The notes below the pieces were generated by a model, which worked only from the letters and a program-made list of their open reading frames with translations, did no database searches and was not told where the DNA came from. From positions 37,030-101,029 of the forward strand of contig NZ_CBFIBE010000003.1 of assembly GCF_965660805.1 (NCBI RefSeq): a stretch of 64,000 nt of DNA. Direction: 5' to 3'. Origin of the DNA: Nonlabens sp. GTDB taxonomy: Bacteria > Bacteroidota > Bacteroidia > Flavobacteriales > Flavobacteriaceae. Of this stretch, positions 8,446 through 18,712 are shown piece by piece. Position 1 is the first letter of the stretch. Each line of letters begins with the position of its first letter. The position numbers and the translations under genes are program-made.

Positions 8446-9688
8446 TCCACACTAATTTTTTGTTATTGATAATACCATAAGCTCTACCTACTAACTTTTT
8501 ACCTAATACCGCACTATTTTTAGAACTGGATATGATATGTTCTTTTTCAAAAGTATATTTTTCATCAGGTACAAAGAGGCTTAAATTAGCAATTTCGCCT
8601 ACTTTTATTTGTGGTTTTTCTTTCCCAAAAACTTCATAACTAGAAGTTAATGCTTGTATCGTTTTCTCTGTATGTAGTAAATTTTGTAAAACTCCATAGG
8701 TGCTTTCTAGTCCTATGCTACCGTAACTGGCCTGATCAAACTCCACAGCTTTGTGCTCTACATTAAGTGGTATGTGATCTGATGTTACAGTGTCTATAAC
8801 ACCATTTTTAAGGCCGCTAAGAAGAGCGTTTCTATTTTTCTCATCTCGCAAAGGCGGCTGTATTTTAGAATGTGTATTAAAATCAGTTAGGGAAGAGGTG
8901 TTTAGAAATAAATGATTTGTAGAAACACTACAAGTTATGTTTGAGTACTTCTTTTTAGCCTCTTTAATAAGTAAAACGCTCGCGGCTGTTGTTATGGTAG
9001 GAATGTGTAATCTCGCTCCTGTGTATGCTGCGACTTGAATATCTCGCGCTATTTGGACTTCCTCTGCTATAGCTGGTGAGGTTTTGAGGCCTAAGTGTAT
9101 GGTTGTATCATCTTCATTAACCATTCCTTTTCCAGCTAGATGATTATCTTGTGGATAGGACTGGATGATTCCTCCAAATGACTTTACATATTGCAATCCT
9201 ACTTTTAAAAGGTTTGTATTGTTGATGGATTTTTTAAAATCATAAAAAGAAATGGCACCAGCTTTTTGCATGTCATATAATTCTGCTAGATGTTCACCTT
9301 CTTGATTAATTGTGAAGTTCCCTACAGGCAGGACTGTGACAGCCTCATTACTTGCTTTTCCCTTTAAGTAATTGATGCCAGAGGCGTCTTGAGGATTAGG
9401 TTGATTATTAGGGTTGAGCATAATAGTCGTAAAACCACTTTTTGCTGCAGTATCTATTCCATTTTTTAAAGTTTGTCTTTCTTCAAATCCTGGCTCACCA
9501 AAACACACACTACTATCCATCCAGCCTATTGAAACGTGAAGATTTTCTTTAGAGATTACTTGCGCATCTTCATTTGTAAGGTTTGAGGCAATTTGATGAA
9601 TCTTACCGTTTTTTATTAGAAGATCTCTTTTTTTAAGGTGTAAACTCGAGCCTTCATTTACGATTGTAACGTTCTTTAATAATATCAT
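8438..9688 (-). CDS. Dihydroorotase-like amidohydrolase, probably non-catalytic
   Basis: EPGFEERQTL, AAKSGFTT, PPLR, SDH. The first metal motif reads DSSVCFG instead of DxHxHxR. Start 9688 forms an ATGA overlap with the upstream stop. Confidence 0.85.
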   Translation of the reverse strand: MILLKNVTIVNEGSSLHLKKRDLLIKNGKIHQIASNLTNEDAQVISKENLHVSIGWMDSSVCFGEPGFEERQTLKNGIDTAAKSGFTTIMLNPNNQPNPQDASGINYLKGKASNEAVTVLPVGNFTINQEGEHLAELYDMQKAGAISFYDFKKSINNTNLLKVGLQYVKSFGGIIQSYPQDNHLAGKGMVNEDDTTIHLGLKTSPAIAEEVQIARDIQVAAYTGARLHIPTITTAASVLLIKEAKKKYSNITCSVSTNHLFLNTSSLTDFNTHSKIQPPLRDEKNRNALLSGLKNGVIDTVTSDHIPLNVEHKAVEFDQASYGSIGLESTYGVLQNLLHTEKTIQALTSSYEVFGKEKPQIKVGEIANLSLFVPDEKYTFEKEHIISSSKNSAVLGKKLVGRAYGIINNKKLVWNG

Positions 9689-11589
9689 TTCAAAAACTTT
9701 AAAATCAATAATTCGCAAAATAAAAAGAACAAAGCACCTAGAACAAAGTATTTCCAGAGACTTAATATTCCTTCTTCTTCACTTAATTTATATACTAAGT
9801 CCTCGATGGAGTTATAAATGTTTTTATCTCCTAACTCTGCCGTAGTGAAATATTCTAGCTTATTTTCTATACGGTTTGCATTAAAACTAAGGTTAGTAAT
9901 AACTTCTTCTTTTTTAATAACTTGATAATTACCAGTGTGTTTTAACTCATCATTTACTTCGAGAAGTACGTAGGAGTTAAAAGCACGCTGTTGCGGTATT
10001 AATGATTGTGATGTGTGTTTAAGTTGTAGAATTTCATCACTTTTAATAGCAACCGGAACACTAACCTTGTTACTTACACCAGTGTAATAGTATAATTGTG
10101 AAATAGGTAAACTATTTCTAGCCATGTTATAAAGTACGGGAACTATTAAAGGTGAGTTCTTAAAATTTGAATTTTCATCATTTAATGGAGCTGTAAATTG
10201 GAATACCTTATCTTTTTGAAATAAAAAACTGGAGCCATCTTCATATTTAAGTATGGGATTTAAAGCTGTAATAGTATTTGTACGAGCGTTAACTTTAGGA
10301 TACTGAAAGTTAGAAACTCGCTCGTTAAAAACTCCTTTTAATATGGGGTGATTAAAGTTAATTTCAGTGATACGCTTTTTGTTTTCACTAATTTCTTGTG
10401 CGCCTTGAACATTGTTAATGAATTCGTATCCAGATTGTCCTAACGACGGGATTACTAACAGTGAGCCGCCATTTTTTAAATAATCGTTCAGCTCTTGAGC
10501 CAGATTAGTAGATATGTTTTGTACTTCATTTAGGATTATAAAATTCTGATTCTTTAGAAGGTTAAAGTTGAGATCTCTCGCTCTAACTGCGGTGAAATCA
10601 AATTCATTATTTTTATATATACGATGGAGAAAATCACCTTCAACATCATTAATGGCTAGAACTTTAATTTTGTGCTGGTTATTATTTGTAATAAAAAGTT
10701 CGTTATCAAAAGAAAGGCCGCTGTCATCTAGGTAGATACGTCCATTAAGAGTCTCTTCACTATTATAATTAAATATAGCACTACCGCTGCTAGAACTTAG
10801 GTCTACACTAGTCTTAGATACTAAAATCCCGTTATTTTCTAAACTTAATGTTACCGGATTAGTAATACTTTCATTACTAGATATATCAACGTTTATTTCT
10901 ATAGAGTTTGTATCCCGTGATTTAATAAACGCAGTGTCTATGGATATATTAATGTTTGTTTGAGGTTGAAGATTAACAAGCTTTCTTTTTAAACCATTAA
11001 TGGTGTCAGGAAATTCAGAAGTAGACTTTTGAAAATCTGATATTATAATGAGCTCTTTTCTTTTATTTTTATGAGTTAATAAGGAGTTTGCTTTAAGCTG
11101 TACTTGCTCATAACTCAGAGATTGAGCACTATAACCCGAGTTAAGAAGATCATTTGCGATCTCTTTTTTAGTGACGTTTTTATAAGTATTATCGTTTGTA
11201 AAAAGATTAATATTTTGTTCATTAGGCAAGCGCTCTAGCAGGTCTGTTATTGCCATTTTATAGAGTTCTCCTTGAGAACCTGTGCTTTGCATAGAATAAG
11301 AGTTATCTAGGTAAATAGCGGTCTCTTTTTCACGGATCGCAATGTCACTTCCCGGAACAAAAGGTTGGGTAAATGCTAGCACTATACATGCTATTGCGGC
11401 CATTCTAGCGATTAAGGTGAGCCACTTTTTAAGCTGGCGGCTTTTACGAGTTTGTGTAATAAGTGGTTTGAGAAAAGCTACGTTTGTAAAAGAAACTTTA
11501 GTAAAACGTCTTAACTGGAATAAATGAACAATAATAGGGACTATAAGAAATAGGAGTCCGTAAAGTAGTAATGGGTTTTTAAATATCAT
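9685..11589 (-). CDS. BatA-type N-terminal double-TM (TIGR02226-like) and VWA domain protein
   Basis: MIFKNPLLLYGLLFLIVPIIVHLF, AFTQPF, MIDAS DNSYS, C-terminal TM LWKYF. Confidence 0.85.
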   Translation of the reverse strand: MIFKNPLLLYGLLFLIVPIIVHLFQLRRFTKVSFTNVAFLKPLITQTRKSRQLKKWLTLIARMAAIACIVLAFTQPFVPGSDIAIREKETAIYLDNSYSMQSTGSQGELYKMAITDLLERLPNEQNINLFTNDNTYKNVTKKEIANDLLNSGYSAQSLSYEQVQLKANSLLTHKNKRKELIIISDFQKSTSEFPDTINGLKRKLVNLQPQTNINISIDTAFIKSRDTNSIEINVDISSNESITNPVTLSLENNGILVSKTSVDLSSSSGSAIFNYNSEETLNGRIYLDDSGLSFDNELFITNNNQHKIKVLAINDVEGDFLHRIYKNNEFDFTAVRARDLNFNLLKNQNFIILNEVQNISTNLAQELNDYLKNGGSLLVIPSLGQSGYEFINNVQGAQEISENKKRITEINFNHPILKGVFNERVSNFQYPKVNARTNTITALNPILKYEDGSSFLFQKDKVFQFTAPLNDENSNFKNSPLIVPVLYNMARNSLPISQLYYYTGVSNKVSVPVAIKSDEILQLKHTSQSLIPQQRAFNSYVLLEVNDELKHTGNYQVIKKEEVITNLSFNANRIENKLEYFTTAELGDKNIYNSIEDLVYKLSEEEGILSLWKYFVLGALFFLFCELLILKFLK

Positions 11590-11639
11590 TAATTCCTTAG
11601 ATTAGTCAAAGATAATATCTTATATCAGATTGACCTACT

Positions 11640-12842
11640 TTATTTTGATAGAGTCACGATGAATTCTGTTCCTTTACCTAATTCAGACTTGACATCTATA
11701 GATCCATTTAGTTTTTCTACTAGTTTTAAAACAGTATTAAGGCCTATTCCGTTTCCTTTTTTACCTAAACGATCAGAAATATTTAGTGTGCTGAACATTT
11801 TAAAAATTTCTTCTTTTTTGTCTTCGGGAATTCCCATACCGTTATCCCTTACACTTATTTTATATGAATCTAAACTCTCACCAGCACTAATACTGATCTT
11901 AATTTTTTCTTTATCATTATACTTTTGAGCATTACCTATAAGATTGATTAGAATTTGCTCCATTGCACTTTTATTAATATTTAATTCCATATTATCCTCT
12001 GGTAATATGAAATTAACTTCATCGGGTAAGGCAAGCATTTCTTGAATGTGTTCTAAAAGAGTATATATATCAAATACTTCTTTTTCTTCAATCATATAAG
12101 AATCACTTTCATAATGAGAAAGGATTTGGGTCACATAATCAGAAAGACCAAAGGCGGCGTCTTTAATATATTTGAGATAGTCTTTACCAGATTGATCTAT
12201 AGTATCTCCATATTTCTTTGCGACTAAATCTGTAGTAAGGACCATGTTTGCCAGTGGCATTTTCATGTCATGTGAAACCGTACGGGCAAACTCCTTGAGC
12301 AACTCGTTATTTTCTTTTAATCGTTCTTGAGACTCTTTAAGCTCTTCATTTACTTTGTAAAGCGTTAAATGTCTCATTACGAGATCTGCAATAAGTTCAA
12401 GGGCTTGCTGATCATCTTTAGTAAATTGATGAGGTTTATAATCCAGTACACAAATGGTTCCTAGTGGTAAGTTGTTTTTATCTTTAAGCGGCACTCCAGC
12501 ATAGGAACGAATAGGTTTTTCATCAATCACATAAGGGTGATTTTCAAAATCAGGATGCTCTAGCGTATCATTAATACTATAGAAACCCTTATCATGATTA
12601 ATGGCGTGTGCGCAAAATGACAACTCTCGTGGAGTATCATTTAATTCTATCCCATTTTGAGATTTAAACCATACAGTATTTACATCTACTATGGATATGA
12701 AGCTATTAGGAACATTAGTTAGTTTACATGCTAACTCTGTAAGTTCCTCTAAATCCTTGCGCCTGCGATCATCTGTTTTAAATGATTTAAGTAAGTCCAG
12801 TCTTTTTTGTTCATTAATGTGCAACGTCGCCTTTTTCATCAC
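11640..12842 (-). CDS. Cytoplasmic GAF-domain sensor histidine kinase
   Basis: GAF (RELSFCAHAI, YAGVPL), H-box SHDMKMPL, N-box NLIGNAQKY, DNGMGI, GNGIGL. Start is GTG 12842 or ATG 12839. Confidence 0.92.
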   Translation of the reverse strand: MMKKATLHINEQKRLDLLKSFKTDDRRRKDLEELTELACKLTNVPNSFISIVDVNTVWFKSQNGIELNDTPRELSFCAHAINHDKGFYSINDTLEHPDFENHPYVIDEKPIRSYAGVPLKDKNNLPLGTICVLDYKPHQFTKDDQQALELIADLVMRHLTLYKVNEELKESQERLKENNELLKEFARTVSHDMKMPLANMVLTTDLVAKKYGDTIDQSGKDYLKYIKDAAFGLSDYVTQILSHYESDSYMIEEKEVFDIYTLLEHIQEMLALPDEVNFILPEDNMELNINKSAMEQILINLIGNAQKYNDKEKIKISISAGESLDSYKISVRDNGMGIPEDKKEEIFKMFSTLNISDRLGKKGNGIGLNTVLKLVEKLNGSIDVKSELGKGTEFIVTLSK

Positions 12843-12876
12843 TTACAAAGGTAAAGTTAAAACTATGATATTTAAT

Positions 12877-13647
12877 TTACCCTAATTCTTTAAAAGCTCC
12901 TAAACCAAATAACGCAAAATCATATTTCACTGGATCGATGGGATCTAGTTTACGCAAAATAGTGTCTAGCTCAGTAACTGTTTTTGCATCATTCTGTTTG
13001 CGCTTGATCATTTTTAACTTGCGAGCTATAGTTCCAGTATGTACGTCAAGTGGAAGAGATAAGGCGCTCATAGGAATGGTATTCCAGATTCCAAAATCTA
13101 CACCAGCCTTATCATTGCGTACCATCCATCTTAAGTACATGTTGATTCTTTTGGCACTACTGTTTTTCATAGGGTCACTGACATGCTTTTGGGTACGTGG
13201 CATGTGTTCTATCTCAAAAAAGAGTTGTTTAAACATAGAGATAGCATGTTGAAGATGAGATGTTTCTTGATACGCTTTTGCAAAAGCGTGTTCTAAACCA
13301 CCATAACGCAGTTCTATATGTTTTAAAGAACGCATAAAGGTCTTGCAATCCTCATTATTAAAGGTACGATGCACAAAACCGTCAAATCGATCCAGGTCAG
13401 ACGCTGTATGATTCCTTATAAAATCTGCAGGTGCATGTTCCATTAATTCCATAAGTTTATGGGAATTATTAATAATGGATTTACGGTTTCCCCATGCTAT
13501 AGTAGCTACTAGAAAGCCCGCGATTTCTATATCTTTTTTATTTGTAAAAAGGTGCGGAATCTGAATAGGGTCATGAGGTATAAAGTCTGGAACGTTGTAT
13601 TGTTCCACTTTTGCATCAAGAAATTCTTTGAGCTGTGCCCTAGTCAT
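12877..13647 (-). CDS. TIGR02757/DUF2400 family protein
   Basis: [37 protein letters not shown]. Confidence 0.88.
   Translation of the reverse strand: MTRAQLKEFLDAKVEQYNVPDFIPHDPIQIPHLFTNKKDIEIAGFLVATIAWGNRKSIINNSHKLMELMEHAPADFIRNHTASDLDRFDGFVHRTFNNEDCKTFMRSLKHIELRYGGLEHAFAKAYQETSHLQHAISMFKQLFFEIEHMPRTQKHVSDPMKNSSAKRINMYLRWMVRNDKAGVDFGIWNTIPMSALSLPLDVHTGTIARKLKMIKRKQNDAKTVTELDTILRKLDPIDPVKYDFALFGLGAFKELG
13273..13288. repeat. 16-bp palindrome copy 4, two symmetric mismatches, still a perfect palindrome, read as AFAKA
   Basis: CGCTTTTGCAAAAGCG; protein ...[11 protein letters not shown]... Confidence 0.8.
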
Positions 13648-14308
13648 TACTTAAAAATCTACCATCTTGCATTACTAGTTTGCGGTCTGCAAGATTTGCA
13701 AGTTCTTCATTATGGGTAACGATAACAAAAGTCTGGTTAAACTCTTCTCGTAATTTAAAAATTAGTTCATGTAAGTCTTGTGCAGTCGCACTGTCTAGAT
13801 TCCCTGTAGGCTCGTCTGCATAGATCACTTTTGGGTTATTAATAAGTGCTCGAGCTACTGCTACTCTTTGTTGCTCACCACCGCTCAGTGCTCCAGGTTT
13901 GTGATTAAAACGATCTGATAATTTTAAGTAATCAAGTAATTCCTTTGCCCTTTTTATAGCTACTTCTTTAGGTGTGTTTTTAATAAAAGCAGGTAGGCAT
14001 ACATTTTCAAGAGCACTAAACTCTGGTAACAACTGGTGAAACTGAAAAATAAAGCCTAAGGATTCATTTCTAAATTTACTTAAAGCTTTAGCGTTTAATT
14101 GAGTAACATCAGTCCCATCTATGAGTAGAGAGGTTTCTGATTTTAAATCTGGTTGTTCTAAAGTTCCTAGAATATGTAAAAGAGTGGTTTTTCCGGCACC
14201 AGAACTTCCCACTACACTCACGATCTCACCAGCCTGTATGCTTAAATCTACACCTTTAAGTACCTGTAAATCGCCGAAGCTTTTATAAATATGTTGCGCT
14301 TGTATCAT
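13640..14308 (-). CDS. lolD: ABC transporter ATP-binding protein, LolD-like
   Basis: Walker [29 protein letters not shown]-loop VTH. Confidence 0.75.
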   Translation of the reverse strand: MIQAQHIYKSFGDLQVLKGVDLSIQAGEIVSVVGSSGAGKTTLLHILGTLEQPDLKSETSLLIDGTDVTQLNAKALSKFRNESLGFIFQFHQLLPEFSALENVCLPAFIKNTPKEVAIKRAKELLDYLKLSDRFNHKPGALSGGEQQRVAVARALINNPKVIYADEPTGNLDSATAQDLHELIFKLREEFNQTFVIVTHNEELANLADRKLVMQDGRFLSND

Positions 14309-14355
14309 AGCTACAAATGTAGAAATTTTATCTAGGTGACTTTATGAATTTTCAA

Positions 14356-16812
14356 TTAAGTCTTAAACCATTGCGGTCCTTCATTAAAGTCTATAAAATA
14401 ATTAATGCGGATTGAGAAATTGTGCCTTACTGGTTGTTCAAAAAGAGTTCCTAAACTTTCTTCAAATCTTATCGTACCTTGATTATCAAAGTTGTTCATA
14501 CTATTGCGATAGAGTAGTGTCATTTCACTGCCAGGAGCAAAACGCCAGCGATAAGAGAGATCTAGATTCCATATATTAAAATTTGCATCAGGATTAAAAT
14601 CATCTTCTAATGTGTAATCACTATCAGCTACAGTTCCGTCTCTTTGTAGTTCTTTAAAATCCTTACTAAAGGTAGCTCTAGACCAGAAATTCCTAAAACT
14701 GATGCTTAAAGCATTGCGATTATTAAAGTTATAAGTTCCAGTAACTCTGTTTTCTACACTGTGAGTATCTCTTTCACTAAGGATAGAGGTAGTGTCATTA
14801 TTAGATAGAGTTACATAACTCATTCTATCATTGCTTTTTCTCCAATTGATACTGTGGATCAACAAGAACTGATCACTAAACCTATAACGCGGACTTATGC
14901 GATAATTATAATTATGTTCCTTTTCATTAAATCTCTTATATCTTCCAGCTCTAGCGTCAATAGCAAATCTTTTACGATAGTCACTTGAGATAAAGCCACC
15001 TGTAAAAAAGCCTGCACCATATCGCACAATAGCATCTTCAATACGAGATTCAAATTGATCTTTAAATTCAGTATTATAATTAATATCTAAACCAAATGCG
15101 AAACGCTCTTTTGTTATAAAAAACGGATTAAAACTTACTTCTGTACCCGTGTGAAAAGCAGGAGTAGCAGCTCTCCTATGTCTTACATTTAACCGGAGCT
15201 CATAACGATTAAAAATTCCTTGTTGTGTTAATTGTACATAATCTAGGTCAGCGACAAAGGTGTGACGGTTAGTTCTAAAATTGCGACCTAAATCATTAGG
15301 GTTGTAACCACGATCTACAAAAAAGTGACCCAAGCGTGGTCTCCATTTACCTGCGGTAACACGCCAGTCCAGCTCTGTCGCATAACCTGTTTCAGTTCCT
15401 GTAATTGTAAAACGGTTAGACATTTTTGCCTGAGCTCTTAAGTTCTGTGTTGCCCGTTTATTATTGTGATTTAAGGCCATAGCACTAACATTTGCATCTG
15501 TGAACGCTCCATTGCGCAGGACATTTGTATTTACCAGTGCTATAGAGCTGTTATTGCCATATTGTTGATCAAGTACGAGAACATTATAATTTGTAAGAGG
15601 TTCAGTAATTAGATTTCTTTTAGTTCCTGTATTATTATCTCTTATCACGGCTTCTGTTTTCTCAGTAATAGAATTAAGAAATCCTATTCCTAGGCCACTA
15701 TTTGTACGGCCTGTAATTTTTACAGCATTTAGTAATTGAGCACTAGAAGGGTTCTCTAGAATTTCCTCGCTTTCTAGTGTATCTATATCACTAGCGCCAG
15801 TAGGCGTTTGACCTATTCTTCTAGAGAAAAAAATATTACCTTTATTAAATAGGTCTACACCTTCAGTAAAAAAGGCTCGATTCTCTGCAAACAATTGTTC
15901 AAATGGGCCTAAATTTAAAACTACCTGATCAAAAGCTACCTGACCAAAATCAGGAATCAAGGTAGCATCTAGTGTAAAGGCATCACTTAAACCATATTTA
16001 ATATCTAGTCCTGCTGCAAAGTTTGTGGAGTTGTTTCCATCAAGTCTATCATGTATGGTAGTGAGATAAGGATATAAGTTTAATCTTAATGGCGGGTTTA
16101 TATCTTCAATACCAGTAAGTAAAGCGTCATACTGCGTGTTTACACCTTTTGTAATATCTATGTAGTTATAACTATATTCTTCATTTAAGTGACGTATTCT
16201 ACGGAACACTTGAAAGGACCAGTCTTGAACCTTCTTTTCAGGAAATCTTAATGTTCTATACGGAATGCGCATTTCCACATACCATCCTTTCTGATCAAAA
16301 CTTACTTCAGAAAGAAAAACGACATTAAAGGAAAAGTCCTGACGATTTCCTTCCACAACAGCGTCTCCTAAGGAATTACCAGCAGTTGCAAAAAAACGAG
16401 TCTGATTGATCTGGTTATTATAGGTATTAATATAAAGGCCAAAAAGGTCTGCTTGTGCATCTATGTCATCTCTTTGAGAGAACTGTCTTAAGACTTTTTC
16501 GGGTTCATTGTCATATAAATATGCAGCAACGTATATTGCATTATCATCATAAGCGATTTTAAACTCTGTAGGGTGTGTTTTTCTTTCAGCCTGACCATTT
16601 ATGGGTTCAGTCATAATAAAATCACCACCGGTAGGAATTTGATCCCAGATTTTTTCAAATGGTTTTCCATCTATTTGAGGCGGCGTGGAAATACGGGTTG
16701 CCTCATAAGATTTCCTCTTAATGATAGTTGTATCTTGTTGTATTGTCGTGGTATTCGCTTTCGCGAAAGCGTAACAACATAACATTATCAGTAAAATAGC
16801 AAGACGATTCAT
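14356..16812 (-). CDS. DUF5916 family outer-membrane protein (N-terminal CBM9/DOMON-like part plus beta-barrel)
   Basis: Signal peptide, PQIDGK..W, EMRIPYRTLRF, PDFGQV, ENRAFFTEG, FFSRRIG. Confidence 0.8.
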   Translation of the reverse strand: MNRLAILLIMLCCYAFAKANTTTIQQDTTIIKRKSYEATRISTPPQIDGKPFEKIWDQIPTGGDFIMTEPINGQAERKTHPTEFKIAYDDNAIYVAAYLYDNEPEKVLRQFSQRDDIDAQADLFGLYINTYNNQINQTRFFATAGNSLGDAVVEGNRQDFSFNVVFLSEVSFDQKGWYVEMRIPYRTLRFPEKKVQDWSFQVFRRIRHLNEEYSYNYIDITKGVNTQYDALLTGIEDINPPLRLNLYPYLTTIHDRLDGNNSTNFAAGLDIKYGLSDAFTLDATLIPDFGQVAFDQVVLNLGPFEQLFAENRAFFTEGVDLFNKGNIFFSRRIGQTPTGASDIDTLESEEILENPSSAQLLNAVKITGRTNSGLGIGFLNSITEKTEAVIRDNNTGTKRNLITEPLTNYNVLVLDQQYGNNSSIALVNTNVLRNGAFTDANVSAMALNHNNKRATQNLRAQAKMSNRFTITGTETGYATELDWRVTAGKWRPRLGHFFVDRGYNPNDLGRNFRTNRHTFVADLDYVQLTQQGIFNRYELRLNVRHRRAATPAFHTGTEVSFNPFFITKERFAFGLDINYNTEFKDQFESRIEDAIVRYGAGFFTGGFISSDYRKRFAIDARAGRYKRFNEKEHNYNYRISPRYRFSDQFLLIHSINWRKSNDRMSYVTLSNNDTTSILSERDTHSVENRVTGTYNFNNRNALSISFRNFWSRATFSKDFKELQRDGTVADSDYTLEDDFNPDANFNIWNLDLSYRWRFAPGSEMTLLYRNSMNNFDNQGTIRFEESLGTLFEQPVRHNFSIRINYFIDFNEGPQWFKT
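16756..16771. repeat. 16-bp palindrome copy 5, perfect, in the signal peptide, read as AFAKA
   Basis: MNRLAILLIMLCCY-AFAKA-NTTT. Confidence 0.97.
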
Positions 16813-16926
16813 AGATTATAATAGAATTTCAAAACTAAAAGCTATGTTTTCTATAATCTTTAAAGTGGTGTTAATTTAATACAGTTACTAAATGTAATAG
16901 TTACCAGTATGTTTTTAAACCAGTGA

Positions 16927-17226
16927 TTAAACCTCTTCTACATCTATAACCTGGGTAGGGTTTTCTTTTTTAATTAAGTATGTGTAAACCCACATTATTG
17001 TGAATGATGGGATGATATCTAATCCTGGTACTAATTCTTCAATTGTGGTAATAATACCAGCGGCAACACCAGCTTTTCCAGGATATAGTCTAGTCATTAA
17101 ATAACCAGCAACCGGTGCCCATCCTATATCTGTAAATTCACCTATTCCTGGAATAAGATAAGACGCAATTCCCACTAGATCAAAGATGATCCCGAAAAAT
17201 AGTTTTGAGCGTTTTGATTCAAACAT
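16927..17226 (-). CDS. Small hypothetical membrane protein
   Basis: ORF track; DxxWAP and EELxPGLDxIPSFT motifs; hydrophobic. Confidence 0.75.
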   Translation of the reverse strand: MFESKRSKLFFGIIFDLVGIASYLIPGIGEFTDIGWAPVAGYLMTRLYPGKAGVAAGIITTIEELVPGLDIIPSFTIMWVYTYLIKKENPTQVIDVEEV

Positions 17227-17280
17227 GTAATTGTAATTTTAACTAAATAAATATAGTCAAAAAACGTTCCATAAGTGATT

Positions 17281-17877
17281 TTAGTGCAATTTAGACGATA
17301 TCAGTTTAAGGAACTCGGCACGTGTTTCACCTTTTTCAAACTGTCCTCTGAAACCACTGGTTGTGGTGGAACTGTTTTGTTTTTGTACGCCACGCATCAT
17401 CATGCACATGTGAGACGCTTCTATGACTACTGCGACACCTTTAGGTTTAAGTGTTTCATCGATACATTCTAGGATATCATGTGTTAAACGCTCTTGTACT
17501 TGTAACCTGCGAGCAAAAACGTCTACGATACGAGGTATTTTAGAAAGTCCTACGATATGTCCATTAGGGATGTAAGCTATGTGTGCTTTACCAAAGAAAG
17601 GTAACATGTGGTGCTCACAAAGTGAATAAAGCTCAATATCTTTAATAATTACCATATCATTATAATCCTCAGCAAACATGGCTCCTTTGAGTATGGCTGC
17701 AGGATCTTGCTCATAACCAGAGGTAAGGAACTGCATTGCTTTGGCGGCACGTTCAGGAGTTTTTAATAACCCTTCTCTTTGAACATCTTCACCTATTTGT
17801 TCTATGACTCCTTTATATTGGTCTTTTATTTCTTCAGTAGTTTCAATATGGTACTCTTCAAAAACTCTATAAGACAT
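17281..17877 (-). CDS. folE: GTP cyclohydrolase I
   Basis: [36 protein letters not shown]. Confidence 0.97.
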   Translation of the reverse strand: MSYRVFEEYHIETTEEIKDQYKGVIEQIGEDVQREGLLKTPERAAKAMQFLTSGYEQDPAAILKGAMFAEDYNDMVIIKDIELYSLCEHHMLPFFGKAHIAYIPNGHIVGLSKIPRIVDVFARRLQVQERLTHDILECIDETLKPKGVAVVIEASHMCMMMRGVQKQNSSTTTSGFRGQFEKGETRAEFLKLISSKLH

Positions 17878-18269
17878 TATTCTAATTTTTTAGTAAAATT
17901 ACACTTATTACGTTTAATAAAATAAATATTTTGTTAAACAATTTAAGATAGGTGTTCACATTATTAATGTAGCTTCTAACTTTAAGTAAAAAGGAAATAT
18001 AAAATAGTAGGAGTGTGGCTGGGCTTAACACTAGTTTATTTCCTCACTTTATACCTATAACCGATGTTTTTAAATAGTTACGTTTATCTTTTATGCACAG
18101 CTATTATTACCTGTAATAATGGACTAATTATATCGCTTAGACCTTATTATATATAGGAGTTATTGTCTACTGCTTTTTTTACATCTACTGATTTACAGAT
18201 GTCTATGCTTAAATACAATTATTTCTTCTCAAATTTTTAAATATTGTTTTTCTCAAAACAAAATAATGG

Positions 18270-18277
18270 TATATTTG
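18270..18277 (+). promoter_or_regulatory. -7 promoter box of tRNA-Arg
   Basis: TATATTTG 18 nt upstream of the tRNA. Confidence 0.7.
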
Positions 18278-18295
18278 CAACCGCTTTAAAAATTA

Positions 18296-18369
18296 GGTCG
18301 CGTAGCTCAGCTGGATAGAGCATCTGCCTTCTAAGCAGACGGTCACAGGTTCGAATCCTGTCGCGATCA
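18296..18369 (+). tRNA. tRNA-Arg(TCT); CCA not encoded
   Basis: Acceptor GGTCGCG/CGCGATC, anticodon arm TCTGC-CTTCTAA-GCAGA, T-loop TTCGAAT. Confidence 0.97.
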
Positions 18370-18378
18370 CAAGTAATT

Positions 18379-18410
18379 TAAAAAACCACTCTGTACAGAG
18401 TGGTTTTTTA
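18379..18410 (+). terminator. Intrinsic terminator after tRNA-Arg
   Basis: Perfect 32-bp palindrome TAAAAAACCACTCTGTACAGAGTGGTTTTTTA. Confidence 0.85.
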
Positions 18411-18624
18411 TTTTAGGTACAGTTTTACCAAAACAACAATTAAGTGTTCCGATATTTCTGTTTTAATTCCAGGTTGCTTCGTTAAAAAATATACACGACG
18501 TTTTTATTTCCTATGGTGTTCATCTGTTAGCTTTGCTCGAGTCTCTTCGTAGCTGCCTGATATGCCCGGTTTTTTTGCCTTTCACCTCTCTAAGATTTAA
18601 ATTAAAAATCTTTAGACTGTTTCA

Positions 18625-18673
18625 TTATACCAATTTGTGCTTATTAAGACTTTATAAATTCAATTTGGTATTA
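18625..18673. mobile_element. Inverted-repeat-bounded mini-element, copy A (49 bp), putative MITE or IS-end remnant
   Basis: TTATACCAATTTG...CAATTTGGTATTA, 11/13 inverted match; 18641-18673 is identical to 49373-49405. Confidence 0.6.
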
Positions 18674-18712
18674 TTCCTTTTGGTATGAGTTATGATGAAA
18701 CGCTTTTAAGTT

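Noticed and set aside
17878-18269. Riboswitch or small ORF upstream of folE
   Set aside because: AT-rich, with no structured motif I recognise; the longest ORF seen is about 30 codons without support.
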